A stretch of DNA of 64,000 bases from Paludibacteraceae bacterium (GTDB lineage: Bacteria > Bacteroidota > Bacteroidia > Bacteroidales > Paludibacteraceae), in NCBI GenBank assembly GCA_047974405.1, contig JBKECI010000072.1:35862-99861 (forward strand), given 5' to 3'. Under the pieces are notes generated by a model, which worked only from the letters and a program-made list of their open reading frames with translations, was not told the origin of the DNA and did not search any database. Both the position numbers and the translations under genes were made by a program. Of this stretch, positions 9,977 to 21,028 are shown piece by piece. Each line of letters begins with the position of its first letter. The first letter of the stretch is position 1.

Positions 9977-10819
9977 TTGGAAAATCATATATTTTTGTAC
10001 AAAATAAATAAGATGGATAGGTTGAGATTTCGAAGTTTGGCAAGCGGGAGTAGTGGAAATTGCTATTTTATAGGGAATGCCTCGTATGGAATATTGATAG
10101 ACGCAGGAGTAGGCATAAGGCGTATAAAACACTTTCTACGCACTATGGGACTCGATTTTAGGGATATATGGGGCGTGTTTGTAACGCATGATCATACCGA
10201 CCATATCAAAGCTGTGGGAGTACTTGGGGAGAAACACAACATACCTGTTTACGCCACGCAAAAAATTCATAATGGGATAAACCGCAACTACAGAGTAACT
10301 CAGAAACTGGGAAATTCCCGCCGTTTCGTTGCTGTTGGCGAAATTGTAACTATCGGAGATATCACAGTAAAATCGTTTTCGGTATCGCATGACGCCTCCG
10401 AGAGTGTTGGGTTTCAAATAGGTTACAAAGAAAAAACTTTTGTTGTAGCTACCGATTTGGGTTACATACCAGATGATGTTACCCCCTATCTGATGTCTGC
10501 CGATTATCTTGTTTTGGAAACCAACTACGATGACGATATGTTGGCAAACGGCACCTATCCTCATTACCTAAAAGAGCGCATAAAGAGAGATACGGGACAT
10601 TTGAGCAATCGGCAAGCCGCCGAATTTTTAAGTACCCATTTTACGAAAAAATGGAAATATATATTTTTATGTCATTTGAGTAAAGATAATAATTTGCCCG
10701 AGATAGCGTATAATACTATAACAAGACATTGGACGGATAATTTGCCCGAAACAGAAGAAAAACCCATACTCGTACCGTTGGAGCGTACAACTCCTTCGCA
10801 ACTATATGTTTTTGATTAA
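9977..10819 (+). CDS. MBL-fold metallo-hydrolase (YycJ/WalJ-like)
   Basis: The HxHxDH motif appears as VTHDHTDH, preceded by a Gly-rich segment ASGSSGNCYFI. The true start is probably the Met at 10013 (MDRLRFRSL...). Confidence 0.75.
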   Translation: MENHIFLYKINKMDRLRFRSLASGSSGNCYFIGNASYGILIDAGVGIRRIKHFLRTMGLDFRDIWGVFVTHDHTDHIKAVGVLGEKHNIPVYATQKIHNGINRNYRVTQKLGNSRRFVAVGEIVTIGDITVKSFSVSHDASESVGFQIGYKEKTFVVATDLGYIPDDVTPYLMSADYLVLETNYDDDMLANGTYPHYLKERIKRDTGHLSNRQAAEFLSTHFTKKWKYIFLCHLSKDNNLPEIAYNTITRHWTDNLPETEEKPILVPLERTTPSQLYVFD

Positions 10820-10864
10820 CATAAATTACGCTCCTACATTATATAAAACATAAAACAAACCGTT

Positions 10865-11617
10865 ATGACATCAAGACTTGTCATTATTCCCACCTACAAC
10901 GAAAAAGAAAATATCGAAAACATCATTCGGGCAGTTTTTGGATTGGAAGACAAATTCCATATTCTGGTTATAGAAGATGGCTCGCCAGACGGAACTGCAG
11001 ATATTGTAAAACGGTTGCAAAAAGAGTTTTCCGAACAATTGTATATGATTGAACGTAAAGGAAAACTCGGATTAGGCACGGCATATATTACCGGTTTCAA
11101 ATGGGGATTGGAAAAAGGGTATGCTTACATTTTCGAAATGGATGCTGACTTTTCGCATAATCCGAACGATTTGATAAAACTCTACAACGCCTGTGCCGGT
11201 GGAGGAGCCGACGTGGCTATCGGTTCCCGCTATGTGAGCGGTGTAAATGTGGTCAATTGGCCTATCGGCAGGGTTTTAATGTCGTATTTCGCGTCCAAAT
11301 ATGTTCGTCTTGTTTTGGGTATGAAAATACACGATACCACCGCCGGATTTAAATGCTATCGCAGAGAAGTGCTGGAAACCATTGAACTAGACAAAATTAA
11401 GTTTAAAGGATACGGTTTCCAAATAGAGATGAAATTTACGGCTTACCAATGTGGTTTTAAACTTCAAGAAGTACCCATCATATTTATCAATAGAGAATTG
11501 GGTACATCCAAAATGAGCGGAGGAATTTTTGGAGAAGCATTTTTGGGAGTTATTGATTTGAAATTGAGTAGTCTGTTTCGAAAATATCCACAAAAAAACA
11601 AGAGTAACAATAGATAA
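10865..11617 (+). CDS. GT2 polyprenol-phosphate mannosyltransferase (dolichyl-phosphate beta-D-mannosyltransferase-like)
   Basis: N-terminal IIPTYNEKENI and the DxD-like motif EDGSPDG match the GT2 Dpm1/PpmS family, as does the 250-aa length. Confidence 0.75.
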   Translation: MTSRLVIIPTYNEKENIENIIRAVFGLEDKFHILVIEDGSPDGTADIVKRLQKEFSEQLYMIERKGKLGLGTAYITGFKWGLEKGYAYIFEMDADFSHNPNDLIKLYNACAGGGADVAIGSRYVSGVNVVNWPIGRVLMSYFASKYVRLVLGMKIHDTTAGFKCYRREVLETIELDKIKFKGYGFQIEMKFTAYQCGFKLQEVPIIFINRELGTSKMSGGIFGEAFLGVIDLKLSSLFRKYPQKNKSNNR

Positions 11618-11662
11618 CCGTCTGTGTCGTATTATTTGGCAACCGATAATTGCAAACAAAGA

Positions 11663-13006
11663 ATGAAAACAATCATAAAAAACGCGACTATAATAAACGA
11701 AAGTCAGACTTTTAAAGGTTCGTTGATAATAAACGGTGACAAAATTGAAAAAGTGATAAGAGCCGACAACGAATTGCCGACAGAAAACCATATCAAAATA
11801 ATTGATGCCGAAGGGCTTTATCTTCTTCCCGGAGTGATAGACGACCAAGTGCATTTTCGGGAACCCGGACTGACACACAAAGGCGATATCTATTCCGAAA
11901 GCAAAGCTGCCGTGGCAGGAGGAATAACCTCCTATATGGAAATGCCCAATACAATACCTCAAACTACCACATTGGAGCTGCTGGAGCAAAAATACGATTT
12001 GGCTGCCTCCAAATCGTTAGCCAACTATTCATTTTACATGGGAGCTACCAACGACAATATTGCGGAGATTATCAAAGTAAACAAAGAAAATGTATGCGGT
12101 GTTAAAGTATTTATGGGATCGTCCACCGGCAATATGTTGGTAAACGATACCGAAACGTTAAAAAATATTTTTGCGGAGTCGCCCGTACTCGTTGCCACAC
12201 ATTGCGAAGACGAAACAATCATACAAAAAAACATACGCTACTTTCAACATATTTTTAACGATTGTATCAAAGTAGATTTTCATCCATTAATACGTTCAGC
12301 AGAGGCTTGCTATCAATCTTCATCGTTTGCAGTAGAGCTGGCGCACCGATACAACACTCGTCTGCACATACTTCATCTCTCCACCGAAAAAGAACTCTCC
12401 CTTTTGGACAACACCAAGCCAATAACGGAGAAAAACATAACAGCAGAAGCTTGCGTACACCACTTATGGTTTACAGATGAAGATTATAAAATATACGGCA
12501 ACCGGATAAAATGGAATCCTGCAATTAAAAAACCATCGGACAGAGACGCGCTGATTGATGCCATAAACAAGAACTTGATAGATGTGGTTGCTACCGACCA
12601 TGCTCCTCACAGTATTGAAGAAAAAACGGCAGACTGTTACAAAGCGTCGTCCGGAGGACCGCTGGTACAGCACTCGCTCATCGCGATGTTGCAATTGGCA
12701 AAACAAAGAAAATTTACTATAGAAAAAGTGGTGGAGAAAATGTGTCATACCCCTGCCGATTTGTTCAGAATAGACAAAAGAGGATATATCAGAGAGGGCT
12801 ATTATGCCGATTTGGTATTGGTAAACCCGAATCGACCATGGATAGTGGAAAAAGGGAATATCCTTTACAAATGCGGGTGGTCTCCCTTTGAGGGAATAAC
12901 CTTTGATTCGATAATAGAGAAAACATTTGTCAATGGAAAACTGGTTTTCGACAATGGCGCTTTTGACGAATGTTTTCGAGGTTCTCGATTAACGTTCATT
13001 GCTTAA
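11663..13006 (+). CDS. pyrC: Dihydroorotase (cyclic amidohydrolase family)
   Basis: DDQVHFREPGLTHKGD (metal-binding His-x-His region), the ATDHAPH motif and overall amidohydrolase layout. The ORF opens at 11624; the start at 11663 (MKTIIKNATII) was chosen to avoid overlap with the upstream gene. Confidence 0.65.
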   Translation: MKTIIKNATIINESQTFKGSLIINGDKIEKVIRADNELPTENHIKIIDAEGLYLLPGVIDDQVHFREPGLTHKGDIYSESKAAVAGGITSYMEMPNTIPQTTTLELLEQKYDLAASKSLANYSFYMGATNDNIAEIIKVNKENVCGVKVFMGSSTGNMLVNDTETLKNIFAESPVLVATHCEDETIIQKNIRYFQHIFNDCIKVDFHPLIRSAEACYQSSSFAVELAHRYNTRLHILHLSTEKELSLLDNTKPITEKNITAEACVHHLWFTDEDYKIYGNRIKWNPAIKKPSDRDALIDAINKNLIDVVATDHAPHSIEEKTADCYKASSGGPLVQHSLIAMLQLAKQRKFTIEKVVEKMCHTPADLFRIDKRGYIREGYYADLVLVNPNRPWIVEKGNILYKCGWSPFEGITFDSIIEKTFVNGKLVFDNGAFDECFRGSRLTFIA

Positions 13007-13138
13007 ATAAATACCCCACTATACAAAAAAAAGCAATAATTATCCACATAGAAATAGTATCTTTGTCCTCAACTAAACATATTCTCCTGCCGATTGTTTT
13101 TTTAAAACATATCGGTCGAAAAGAATAAACCAATCAAC

Positions 13139-14419
13139 ATGTTTTTGGAAATAACCATTATTCTCGTCCTTATACTTCTCAACGGTTTTTTTTCACTTTC
13201 CGAAATCGCTCTGGTTTCCAGTAAAATAACGAGGCTGGAGCAATACAGGCAAACAGGAAGTAAAGGTGCCACCATTGCCATTCAACTTCTTCAAGATTCG
13301 GAAAGATTTCTCTCTGCCGTACAGGTAGGGATTACGCTGATAAGCATCATTACCGGATTTTACGGAGGAACCAATATCGCTAAGCATTTTTCTCCTTTAC
13401 TTGAAAAAGTTAGTTTCTTGTATCCTTATGCCGATGAAATAGCTTTGGTGCTAACCATTTTTATCATCACATACATTTCTATCGTTTTTGGAGAGCTTGT
13501 ACCCAAAACATTGGCTTTGAGCAACCCCGAAAAAGTTGCTGTAAAAATATCTCCTTCCATATCGTTGTTTAGCAAAATTTTTTATCCTTTTGTCAGGCTG
13601 CTATCAGGATCAACCGCTTTTGTTAATAAAATGCTTGGTATCGAAAAGCAAACCGAACACCTTACCGAATCGGAACTGCGGCATATGATAAAACTGGCAT
13701 CGCAGGAGGGAGTTATCGAAAAAGAGCAAAACGAGATTCACGAAAAAGTATTCTACTTTTCGGACAAAAAAGCCAAACATCTGATGACACACCGCACCGA
13801 AGTTTACTGGATAGACTTGAACGATACGGAAGAGGTCATCAGAAAAGAACTTACAGAATCGCCCCACAGCAAGGTGGTTTGTTGCCTTGAATCATTAGAC
13901 AAAGTAGAAGGGATTGTTTTTCTTAAAGATTTTTACAAAGCATTGGCAGAACAAAAAACGTTTAAAGTCGAAGACCTGATTACCCCGGCAATCGTTATCC
14001 ATGAAAATACGCTAGCTCCGAAAGTATTGGAGCAATTGAGACAAAGCAATTCACATTTCAGCATCGTAGTGGATGAGTACGGTGATGTTGAAGGCATCAT
14101 AAGCCTGCATGATATTATGGAAAGTTTGGTCGGATACATTTTGGACGAAGGTGAAGTAAACGAACCCGATTATTTGATTCGGGACGATAATTCTGTTCTG
14201 GTCAACGGAGACGCTCCCATTGAAGTCTTGACCGGTATTTTTGAAGATTTTGTAGTCGATTTTGAAGAAATAGATTATTCTACTGTTGCCGGTTTTGTGA
14301 TTGAACTCTTTAGTGAGATCCCCTCATTGGGCGACAATATCAAATATATGGACTACACTATTGAAATTATGGATATGGATGGAAACCGCATAGACAAAGT
14401 GCTTATATATAAAAAATAG
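13139..14419 (+). CDS. HlyC/CorC family transporter (DUF21 membrane domain + CBS pair + CorC_HlyC domain)
   Basis: Four N-terminal transmembrane helices with SLSEIALVSS, a central CBS-like region and a C-terminal transporter-associated domain. Confidence 0.75.
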   Translation: MFLEITIILVLILLNGFFSLSEIALVSSKITRLEQYRQTGSKGATIAIQLLQDSERFLSAVQVGITLISIITGFYGGTNIAKHFSPLLEKVSFLYPYADEIALVLTIFIITYISIVFGELVPKTLALSNPEKVAVKISPSISLFSKIFYPFVRLLSGSTAFVNKMLGIEKQTEHLTESELRHMIKLASQEGVIEKEQNEIHEKVFYFSDKKAKHLMTHRTEVYWIDLNDTEEVIRKELTESPHSKVVCCLESLDKVEGIVFLKDFYKALAEQKTFKVEDLITPAIVIHENTLAPKVLEQLRQSNSHFSIVVDEYGDVEGIISLHDIMESLVGYILDEGEVNEPDYLIRDDNSVLVNGDAPIEVLTGIFEDFVVDFEEIDYSTVAGFVIELFSEIPSLGDNIKYMDYTIEIMDMDGNRIDKVLIYKK

Positions 14420-14495
14420 CCGATAAACACACAAAATAATTATTATCTTAATCGTCAAGGATTTCATCTGACAAATAAAAATAAATCTTAAGCAG

Positions 14496-15500
14496 ATGAG
14501 AATTAAATACTTTCTATCGGTCGTTTTTGCAATATATCTTTTGCAGTGCAAACATTCGGATACTCAATACATTCTAAACGAAGGAAAAATTTTTGGTACT
14601 TATTATCATATAAAATACAAAAATCCAAACGGTAAAAATCTGAAAGCAACAATAGAACAAAAACTTCAAGAATTTAACGCCTCGCTCTCTACTTTCGAAC
14701 CCAATTCTATCATTTCGCGTATTAACCAAAACGACCCTTCGGTAAATACCGACACCTATTTTGAAGATATGTACCGTATGGCTTATCAAGTGTCTGAAAA
14801 GACAGGAGGAGCTTTTGATATTACCGTAGCGCCATTAGTAAACGCATGGGGGTTTGGATACGGTAAACTTGAACACACCACATTACCCAACGTAGATACC
14901 ATTTTGCCTTATATAGGATACAAAAAAATAAGTTTGACAAACCACAAACTGCTCAAAGAAAGCCCCAAAACGCTGTTGGACGCAAGCGCCATTGCCAAAG
15001 GGCAGGGGGTTGATGTGATTGCCCAACTGCTCGACAATAATGGATGCATCAACTATATGGTTGAGATTGGAGGCGAAGTAAGATGTAAAGGGGTAAATCC
15101 TAATCGGGAAAAATGGCACATAGGTATAGATGCTCCCCAAGATGATCCTACAAATGAAAACAGGACATTAGAAACCATTGTGGCAATAAGCAATGTCGGA
15201 ATGGCAACATCGGGAAACTACCGCCAATATTACTACAAAAACGGCAAAAAATACGCCCATACCATCAATCCACATACAGGAATGCCGGTACAGCATCACC
15301 TGTTAAGTGCCACCGTCATAGCTCCCACCTGTATGGAAGCAGATGCTTTTGCCACCGCATTTATGGTGCTGGGAACCGAACAGAGCATTGCCGTATGTAA
15401 ATCTATTCCACAGTTAGACTGTTATCTAATATACGCCGACAAAAATGGTCAAATAAAAACGAGATATACTTCGGGATTTGAACAATACTTTGTAAAATAA
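14496..15500 (+). CDS. apbE: FAD:protein FMN transferase (ApbE family lipoprotein)
   Basis: Lipoprotein signal ending in LLQC. ApbE signatures GGAFDITVAPLVNAWGFG, MVEIGGEV and ATSGNYRQY. Confidence 0.75.
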   Translation: MRIKYFLSVVFAIYLLQCKHSDTQYILNEGKIFGTYYHIKYKNPNGKNLKATIEQKLQEFNASLSTFEPNSIISRINQNDPSVNTDTYFEDMYRMAYQVSEKTGGAFDITVAPLVNAWGFGYGKLEHTTLPNVDTILPYIGYKKISLTNHKLLKESPKTLLDASAIAKGQGVDVIAQLLDNNGCINYMVEIGGEVRCKGVNPNREKWHIGIDAPQDDPTNENRTLETIVAISNVGMATSGNYRQYYYKNGKKYAHTINPHTGMPVQHHLLSATVIAPTCMEADAFATAFMVLGTEQSIAVCKSIPQLDCYLIYADKNGQIKTRYTSGFEQYFVK

Positions 15501-15622
15501 TATAGTAAGTTTATCGTTATAATAACCAAATATTTAAAAGTTAAATCTGCGAAACTTAAAAATAGAAAATAAATTTTTGTATTCCCCGCAAAATCACTAA
15601 TTTTGCACTTCGATTTTAAAAT

Positions 15623-16432
15623 ATGAAAAAAATTTCTTTTATTGTAATTCTCTTTACATTTGCTTTTGTCTCTTGTGGGGAGTATCAAAAAATTGTAAAA
15701 AGTACCGATAGCGAACTCAAATACGATAAGGCGGTGGAGTATTTTCAAGCTAAAAAATATGCCAAAGCCATTATATTGTTTGACGATGTTTCAACAGCAT
15801 TTAGAGGAACAGACCGTTCCGAACTAATATTAAACTATCTGGCAAAAGCCTATTTGGAGCAAAAAGATTACTATTCGGCATCAGATTATTACCAAACATA
15901 TGTAAAATCATATCCGAAAGGACGGTTTATTCAAGAAGCGAAATATATGGTAGGATACTGCTACTACAAAGATTCGCCCGATACACGGCTCGCTCAAGAT
16001 GCAACCCATAAAGCTGTAAACGCACTGCAAAATTTTTTGGACGAATTTCCCGATAGCGAAAGAGCCAAAGACGCCCTCAAACTGATGGACGAACTTAACA
16101 ATAAACTGGCAAAGAAATATTATCTCAATGCCAAACTTTATTATAACTTAGGAACGTATATGGGCAACAACTACTATGCTGCTGCCATTACCGCCGAAAA
16201 CGGACTGAAAAAATATCCAGCCAATTCGTATCGGGAAGAGTTTATGATTTTGATTCTGCAATCGAAATATCAAGAAGCCTCTATTAGTTTGGACGAAAAA
16301 AAGCAAGACCGTTTTCAATCGGTAGTAGATGAGTATTATAACTACACGAATGAATTTCCCGAAGGAAAATACATAAAAGACGCAAACAAAATATTTCAAG
16401 CGGCAAAAAAAGAAGTAGATAAAAGTAATTAA
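15623..16432 (+). CDS. bamD: Outer membrane protein assembly factor BamD (TPR lipoprotein)
   Basis: Lipobox FVSC, a TPR-like composition and synteny with rpoZ and coaBC as is usual in Bacteroidota. Confidence 0.6.
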   Translation: MKKISFIVILFTFAFVSCGEYQKIVKSTDSELKYDKAVEYFQAKKYAKAIILFDDVSTAFRGTDRSELILNYLAKAYLEQKDYYSASDYYQTYVKSYPKGRFIQEAKYMVGYCYYKDSPDTRLAQDATHKAVNALQNFLDEFPDSERAKDALKLMDELNNKLAKKYYLNAKLYYNLGTYMGNNYYAAAITAENGLKKYPANSYREEFMILILQSKYQEASISLDEKKQDRFQSVVDEYYNYTNEFPEGKYIKDANKIFQAAKKEVDKSN

Positions 16433-16447
16433 AATTTAATTCGAAAT

Positions 16448-16780
16448 ATGGATGTTAGAAAAATGAACGCTCCCACCTCAACTATCACTCGCGATATGAA
16501 CTCGTTGAGCGAAAATGTGGGGAATGTGTACGAGACTGTTGCCATTATCGGTAAAAGATCAAACCAAATAGACGTTGAACTCAAACAAGAGCTAGACAAA
16601 AAATTGCAAGAATTTGCCTCCTATAACGACAGCATCGAAGAGGTATTCGAAAATCGTGAACAGATAGAAATATCCCGCTTTTACGAAAAAATGCCTAAAC
16701 CCACCCTCCTTGCCACTCAAGAATTTGCCGAGGATAAAATCTATTATCGTAATCCTGTAAAAGATAAACTTAAAAAATAG
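16448..16780 (+). CDS. rpoZ: DNA-directed RNA polymerase subunit omega (Bacteroidota-type)
   Basis: 110 aa. The core NVYETVAIIGKRSNQI resembles the RpoZ consensus, and the gene sits in the conserved position after bamD. Confidence 0.55.
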   Translation: MDVRKMNAPTSTITRDMNSLSENVGNVYETVAIIGKRSNQIDVELKQELDKKLQEFASYNDSIEEVFENREQIEISRFYEKMPKPTLLATQEFAEDKIYYRNPVKDKLKK

Positions 16781-16807
16781 AATTACCTTTACAGCTATAA
16801 CAAAATA

Positions 16808-16850
16808 GTTTCTTGTTGCATTTATTGAAACAAGAAACTTTCTGTTTTTT
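16808..16850 (+). terminator. Rho-independent terminator after rpoZ
   Basis: Perfect 10-bp stem GTTTCTTGTT / AACAAGAAAC with an 11-nt loop, followed by TTTCTGTTTTTT. Confidence 0.6.
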
Positions 16851-16880
16851 AAATCGACCTCAGCCTGAAATTTTGTATAT

Positions 16881-18095
16881 TTGCAACCAAACAAAGCCAA
16901 CAGACGAATGTTACAAGGAAAAAAAATATTACTGGGAGTAACAGGCAGTATTGCCGCGTACAAATCGGCAATACTCGTGAGAGAACTGATAAAACGAGGA
17001 GCCACCGTAAAAGTGATTATGACTCCACTTGCCAAAGAGTTTATTACTCCGCTCACATTGGCTACCCTCTCCCGAAGCCCCATTCTTGTCGATTTTTTTA
17101 ACCCCGAAAACGGCGATTGGAACAGCCATGTCGATTTGGGGATTTGGGCAGATGCTTACGTTATAGCACCGGCTACCGCCAATACCATTGCCAAAATGAA
17201 TAGTGGAATTGCCGACAATTTATTGCTGACCACCTACTTGTCGTCGCGTGCCCCTGTATTTGTAGCTCCGGCTATGGACTTGGATATGTTTGCTCATCAG
17301 GCTACACAAGACAATATCAAAGCTCTGGAAGATAAAGGATGTAAAATGATTTACCCCACTAGCGGATTCTTGGCAAGTGGATTGGAAGGAAAGGGGAGGA
17401 TGGAAGAACCGGAAAAAATAATTGCCCGGCTCAACGAATTTTTCGCTCCAAAATACCTGAAAGGAAAAAAAATACTCATTACCGCCGGACCTACATACGA
17501 AAACATAGACCCTGTCCGTTTTATAGGTAATTACTCTACAGGCAAAATGGGTTTTGCTTTGGCAGAGTATTGCGCATTGCAAGGAGGCGAGGTTACCTTG
17601 TTGGCAGGACCAGTTCAAATTGATGCCGAACATCCAAATATACGGCAAATAAACGTGCACTCGGCAGATGAAATGTATGAAAAAAGTATAGAAAATTTTA
17701 ATGGGGTTGATGTGGCAATTCTCTCTGCTGCCGTTGCCGACTTCAAACCAACAGTTCAAAGCAAAACCAAAATTAAGGAAAAATCAAAACTGACATTGGA
17801 ATTGACAGCCAACAAAGATATAGCGCAAAAACTCGGCGAAATAAAAAAAACGGAGCAAATACTAATAGGTTTTGCACTCGAAACCGATAACGAGGAACCA
17901 AATGCCTCAAAAAAAATAATAAAAAAGAATTTTGATTTTATCGTTCTCAATTCTCTTCAAGATAAAAATGCCGGATTTGGATACGATACCAATAAAATTA
18001 CCATCATTTATAAAGATGGCAAGAAAAAAGAATTTGAACTAAAATCGAAAAAAGAAGTAGCAGAAGATATTATAAATGAGATTATTAATCTGTAA
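16881..18095 (+). CDS. coaBC: Bifunctional phosphopantothenoylcysteine decarboxylase / phosphopantothenate-cysteine ligase
   Basis: N-terminal flavoprotein motif KKILLGVTGSIAAYKS plus a C-terminal DFP/CoaB domain; 404 aa. Confidence 0.85.
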   Translation: MQPNKANRRMLQGKKILLGVTGSIAAYKSAILVRELIKRGATVKVIMTPLAKEFITPLTLATLSRSPILVDFFNPENGDWNSHVDLGIWADAYVIAPATANTIAKMNSGIADNLLLTTYLSSRAPVFVAPAMDLDMFAHQATQDNIKALEDKGCKMIYPTSGFLASGLEGKGRMEEPEKIIARLNEFFAPKYLKGKKILITAGPTYENIDPVRFIGNYSTGKMGFALAEYCALQGGEVTLLAGPVQIDAEHPNIRQINVHSADEMYEKSIENFNGVDVAILSAAVADFKPTVQSKTKIKEKSKLTLELTANKDIAQKLGEIKKTEQILIGFALETDNEEPNASKKIIKKNFDFIVLNSLQDKNAGFGYDTNKITIIYKDGKKKEFELKSKKEVAEDIINEIINL

Positions 18096-18096
18096 G

Positions 18097-18990
18097 ATGA
18101 AAAAAGCAATTGTTATATGTTTTTTGCTTGTTACAAGTTGTAGCGCTTTTTCACAGGAACTCAACTGTAATGTGCAAATTAACTCGTCCAAAATTCAAGG
18201 AACAAACAAAACCGTATTTAGCACTCTGCAAAAAGCAATAGCCGAATTTATGAACAACCGCCGTTGGACAGATTTGAGTTTTTCGAAAGACGAACGAATA
18301 GATTGCTCCATCAATATCATTTTGAACGTAGTAGAAAGTGAAAACTTCGGTGCCGAAATAATTGTTCAAGCCCGCAGGCCGGTATTTAATTCGTCCTACA
18401 ACTCCACATTGCTCAACTTCAAAGACAATGCTTTCAATTTTACATACAAAGAATACGACCCTTTGGAGTTTAATCCAAACGACATCAGTTTGAGCCTTAC
18501 AGCCACATTGGCCTATTATGCTTATCTGATTATAGCTTACAATATGGATTCTTTTTCCCGTTTTGGAGGTAATCCTTATTTTCAACAAGCCGAAAATATC
18601 GTAAATCAGGCACAAAGCAAAGATTGGACAGGCTGGAAAGCTTTTGAAAATAACAAAAACAGATATGCCCTGATAAATAATATTATGGACGAAGCGTTCA
18701 AAAAATATCGAGAATATTTTTACGAATACCATCGCTTAGGACTCGATATTATGGTAGATAACTCTACAAACGGACGGGCAAAAATAGCCGATAATATTCA
18801 GCTGCTTCGAGAGGCAAATAGAGCAAGACCATCGGCTATCGTTATCAGCTCCTTTTTGGATGCCAAAACCGATGAATTGATAAATATATTCAAACAGGGA
18901 ACAACGCAGGAAAAAGAGAAAGTGATTGAAATACTCACAGATGTCAATCCTACAGGGATAAGCCGTTACGAAGAAATCAACAAAAAATAG
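18097..18990 (+). CDS. DUF4835-like lipoprotein conserved between coaBC and recN in Bacteroidota
   Basis: Signal peptide/lipobox MKKAIVICFLLVTSCSA and conserved synteny. No recognisable catalytic motif. Confidence 0.5.
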   Translation: MKKAIVICFLLVTSCSAFSQELNCNVQINSSKIQGTNKTVFSTLQKAIAEFMNNRRWTDLSFSKDERIDCSINIILNVVESENFGAEIIVQARRPVFNSSYNSTLLNFKDNAFNFTYKEYDPLEFNPNDISLSLTATLAYYAYLIIAYNMDSFSRFGGNPYFQQAENIVNQAQSKDWTGWKAFENNKNRYALINNIMDEAFKKYREYFYEYHRLGLDIMVDNSTNGRAKIADNIQLLREANRARPSAIVISSFLDAKTDELINIFKQGTTQEKEKVIEILTDVNPTGISRYEEINKK

Positions 18991-19063
18991 CCTATCATGT
19001 TTCTTCCTTTACCAATTACTCAATTACATAATTTTTTGCGCCTCCACTATTTACAAAACCAAT

Positions 19064-20734
19064 ATGCTCACATCCCTATATATTTCCAACTATGCGTTAA
19101 TTAGCGAATTGACCATTAATTTCGAAAATGGATTAACAGTAATTACAGGAGAGACAGGGGCGGGAAAATCCATTATTATGGGAGCTTTGTCTTTGGTTTT
19201 AGGGCAGAGGGCAGATACCAAATCCATCAAGGAGGGAGAGATAAAAAGTGTTGTAGAGGCACGATTTGAAATAAAGAATGACAACCTTCACCTTTTTTTT
19301 GAGCAGAACGAACTCGACTATGACGAGGTGTGTACCATACGGCGAGAAATAACCGGCAACGGCAAGTCCCGCGCCTTTATTAATGATACGCCGGTTTCGC
19401 TCGTCCAATTACGAGATTTAACAACAAATCTCATCGACATTCATTCTCAGCACGAAAATCTGCTACTTATTACAGAAAACTACCAGATCGATTTTGTTGA
19501 TGCTGTCGCACAAAACCAAGCAATATCTGAAAGCTACTTGCAATCGTATCAAAAGCGGTTGGATACTGAAAAAGAACTCAAAAAAATAAAACAAGAAATT
19601 GAGCAGCAAAATACCGACTCGGATTACCTCCAATTTCAATACAATCAATTGAGCGAAGCAAGTTTACAAGAGGAGGAACAAAGCGAACTCGAAGAAGAAC
19701 AGGAAATACTCGCACACGTAGAAGAAATAAAGAGAGCACTGCAACAAGTATATTTTTTGCTTGCCAACGATGAAACCAATGCATCTAAATTACTTAGGGA
19801 TACTATTTTGGGATTGAACCGTATAGCCAATTATTTGCCCGAAAGCACAGCATGGACAGAGCGTTTGGAGAGCATATTGCTAGAGGTAAAAGATATTACC
19901 ACCGAAATAAGCCGAACCGAAAGCCACACCGAATTTAACCCTCAACGGTTGCAGCAAGTCGAAGAACGATTGAATCTGATTTATTCGCTACAAAAAAAAT
20001 TCAAAGTCGAAAACGTAGAACAGTTGATAGAACTTCGCGACACATTCAAAAACCGATTAAGCCAGATTGAAAATTTTGACGATATCATGCGGGCAGCCGA
20101 AAATGAATTGGTACAAGCCAACAGAAAAATGTTGGCATGGGCAACCCAGCTTTCTAAGTCGCGTGTGAACTCGATCCCAATCATCGAAAATTTCTTGACC
20201 GATAAATTGATAGCACTCGGAATACCGGATGTGTGTATAAAAATTTCGATAATCAATTCCGATACGTTTACTGAAAAAGGAAATGATGCAGTACAATTAC
20301 TCTTCTCAGCCAATAAAAATCGTTCGTTACAGCCTATTGCCGAAGTTGCTTCGGGGGGAGAAATATCTCGCGTGATGCTTGCCGTCAAATCGCTGCTGGT
20401 GCAAAGAGCAAAACTTCCAACTATCATTTTTGATGAGATAGATACCGGAATATCGGGAGAAATAGCCAATAGAGTGGGTGAAATCATGCAATTTATGGCT
20501 ACTACTACGCAAGTAATTACCATTACCCATCTTCCACAAATAGCTTCAAAAGGAGAACATCATTTTAAAGTATACAAGGATAACGATGCCGAAAACGTAA
20601 TCACTCACATAACAAAACTCACCCCACAAGAAAGAGAAGTAGAAATAGCACAACTTCTAAGTGGGCAAAACATAACAGAAGCCGCCCTGCAAAACGCTAA
20701 AGAACTTTTAAAAAGTGAAAGCCCGACTCTGTAA
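19064..20734 (+). CDS. recN: DNA repair protein RecN
   Basis: N-terminal Walker A GETGAGKS within LTVITGETGAGKSIIMGAL, a long coiled-coil middle region and a C-terminal signature/Walker B region; 556 aa. Confidence 0.85.
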   Translation: MLTSLYISNYALISELTINFENGLTVITGETGAGKSIIMGALSLVLGQRADTKSIKEGEIKSVVEARFEIKNDNLHLFFEQNELDYDEVCTIRREITGNGKSRAFINDTPVSLVQLRDLTTNLIDIHSQHENLLLITENYQIDFVDAVAQNQAISESYLQSYQKRLDTEKELKKIKQEIEQQNTDSDYLQFQYNQLSEASLQEEEQSELEEEQEILAHVEEIKRALQQVYFLLANDETNASKLLRDTILGLNRIANYLPESTAWTERLESILLEVKDITTEISRTESHTEFNPQRLQQVEERLNLIYSLQKKFKVENVEQLIELRDTFKNRLSQIENFDDIMRAAENELVQANRKMLAWATQLSKSRVNSIPIIENFLTDKLIALGIPDVCIKISIINSDTFTEKGNDAVQLLFSANKNRSLQPIAEVASGGEISRVMLAVKSLLVQRAKLPTIIFDEIDTGISGEIANRVGEIMQFMATTTQVITITHLPQIASKGEHHFKVYKDNDAENVITHITKLTPQEREVEIAQLLSGQNITEAALQNAKELLKSESPTL

Positions 20735-21028
20735 ACGGGAGCCGGACTTTCGGGGTCATATATAGAGGTTCAGGTTGGTTTATTTCGAATAGAACACTCG
20801 AAGTGTTGTCAAAAGTTAATTTTCAGAATTATTTAGTACCTTTTATTTTTTGCTCTATTTATCTATCAAATAGCGTGCCATTGTTAAAAATATAAGTAAA
20901 GGTTATATACATTTTGCAACAAATCAATACAATGATTTTAAACATACCTTTCCTCCCCAATGAAACTTTTGTCCTCCTTTAATAAGGATTCTTTTTCTAT
21001 CTTTGTCGAAGTTCAATAAATTACCCGT

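Noticed and set aside
10136-10564. 142-aa minus-strand ORF
   Set aside because: It lies entirely inside the MBL-fold hydrolase gene on the opposite strand and has no motif support.
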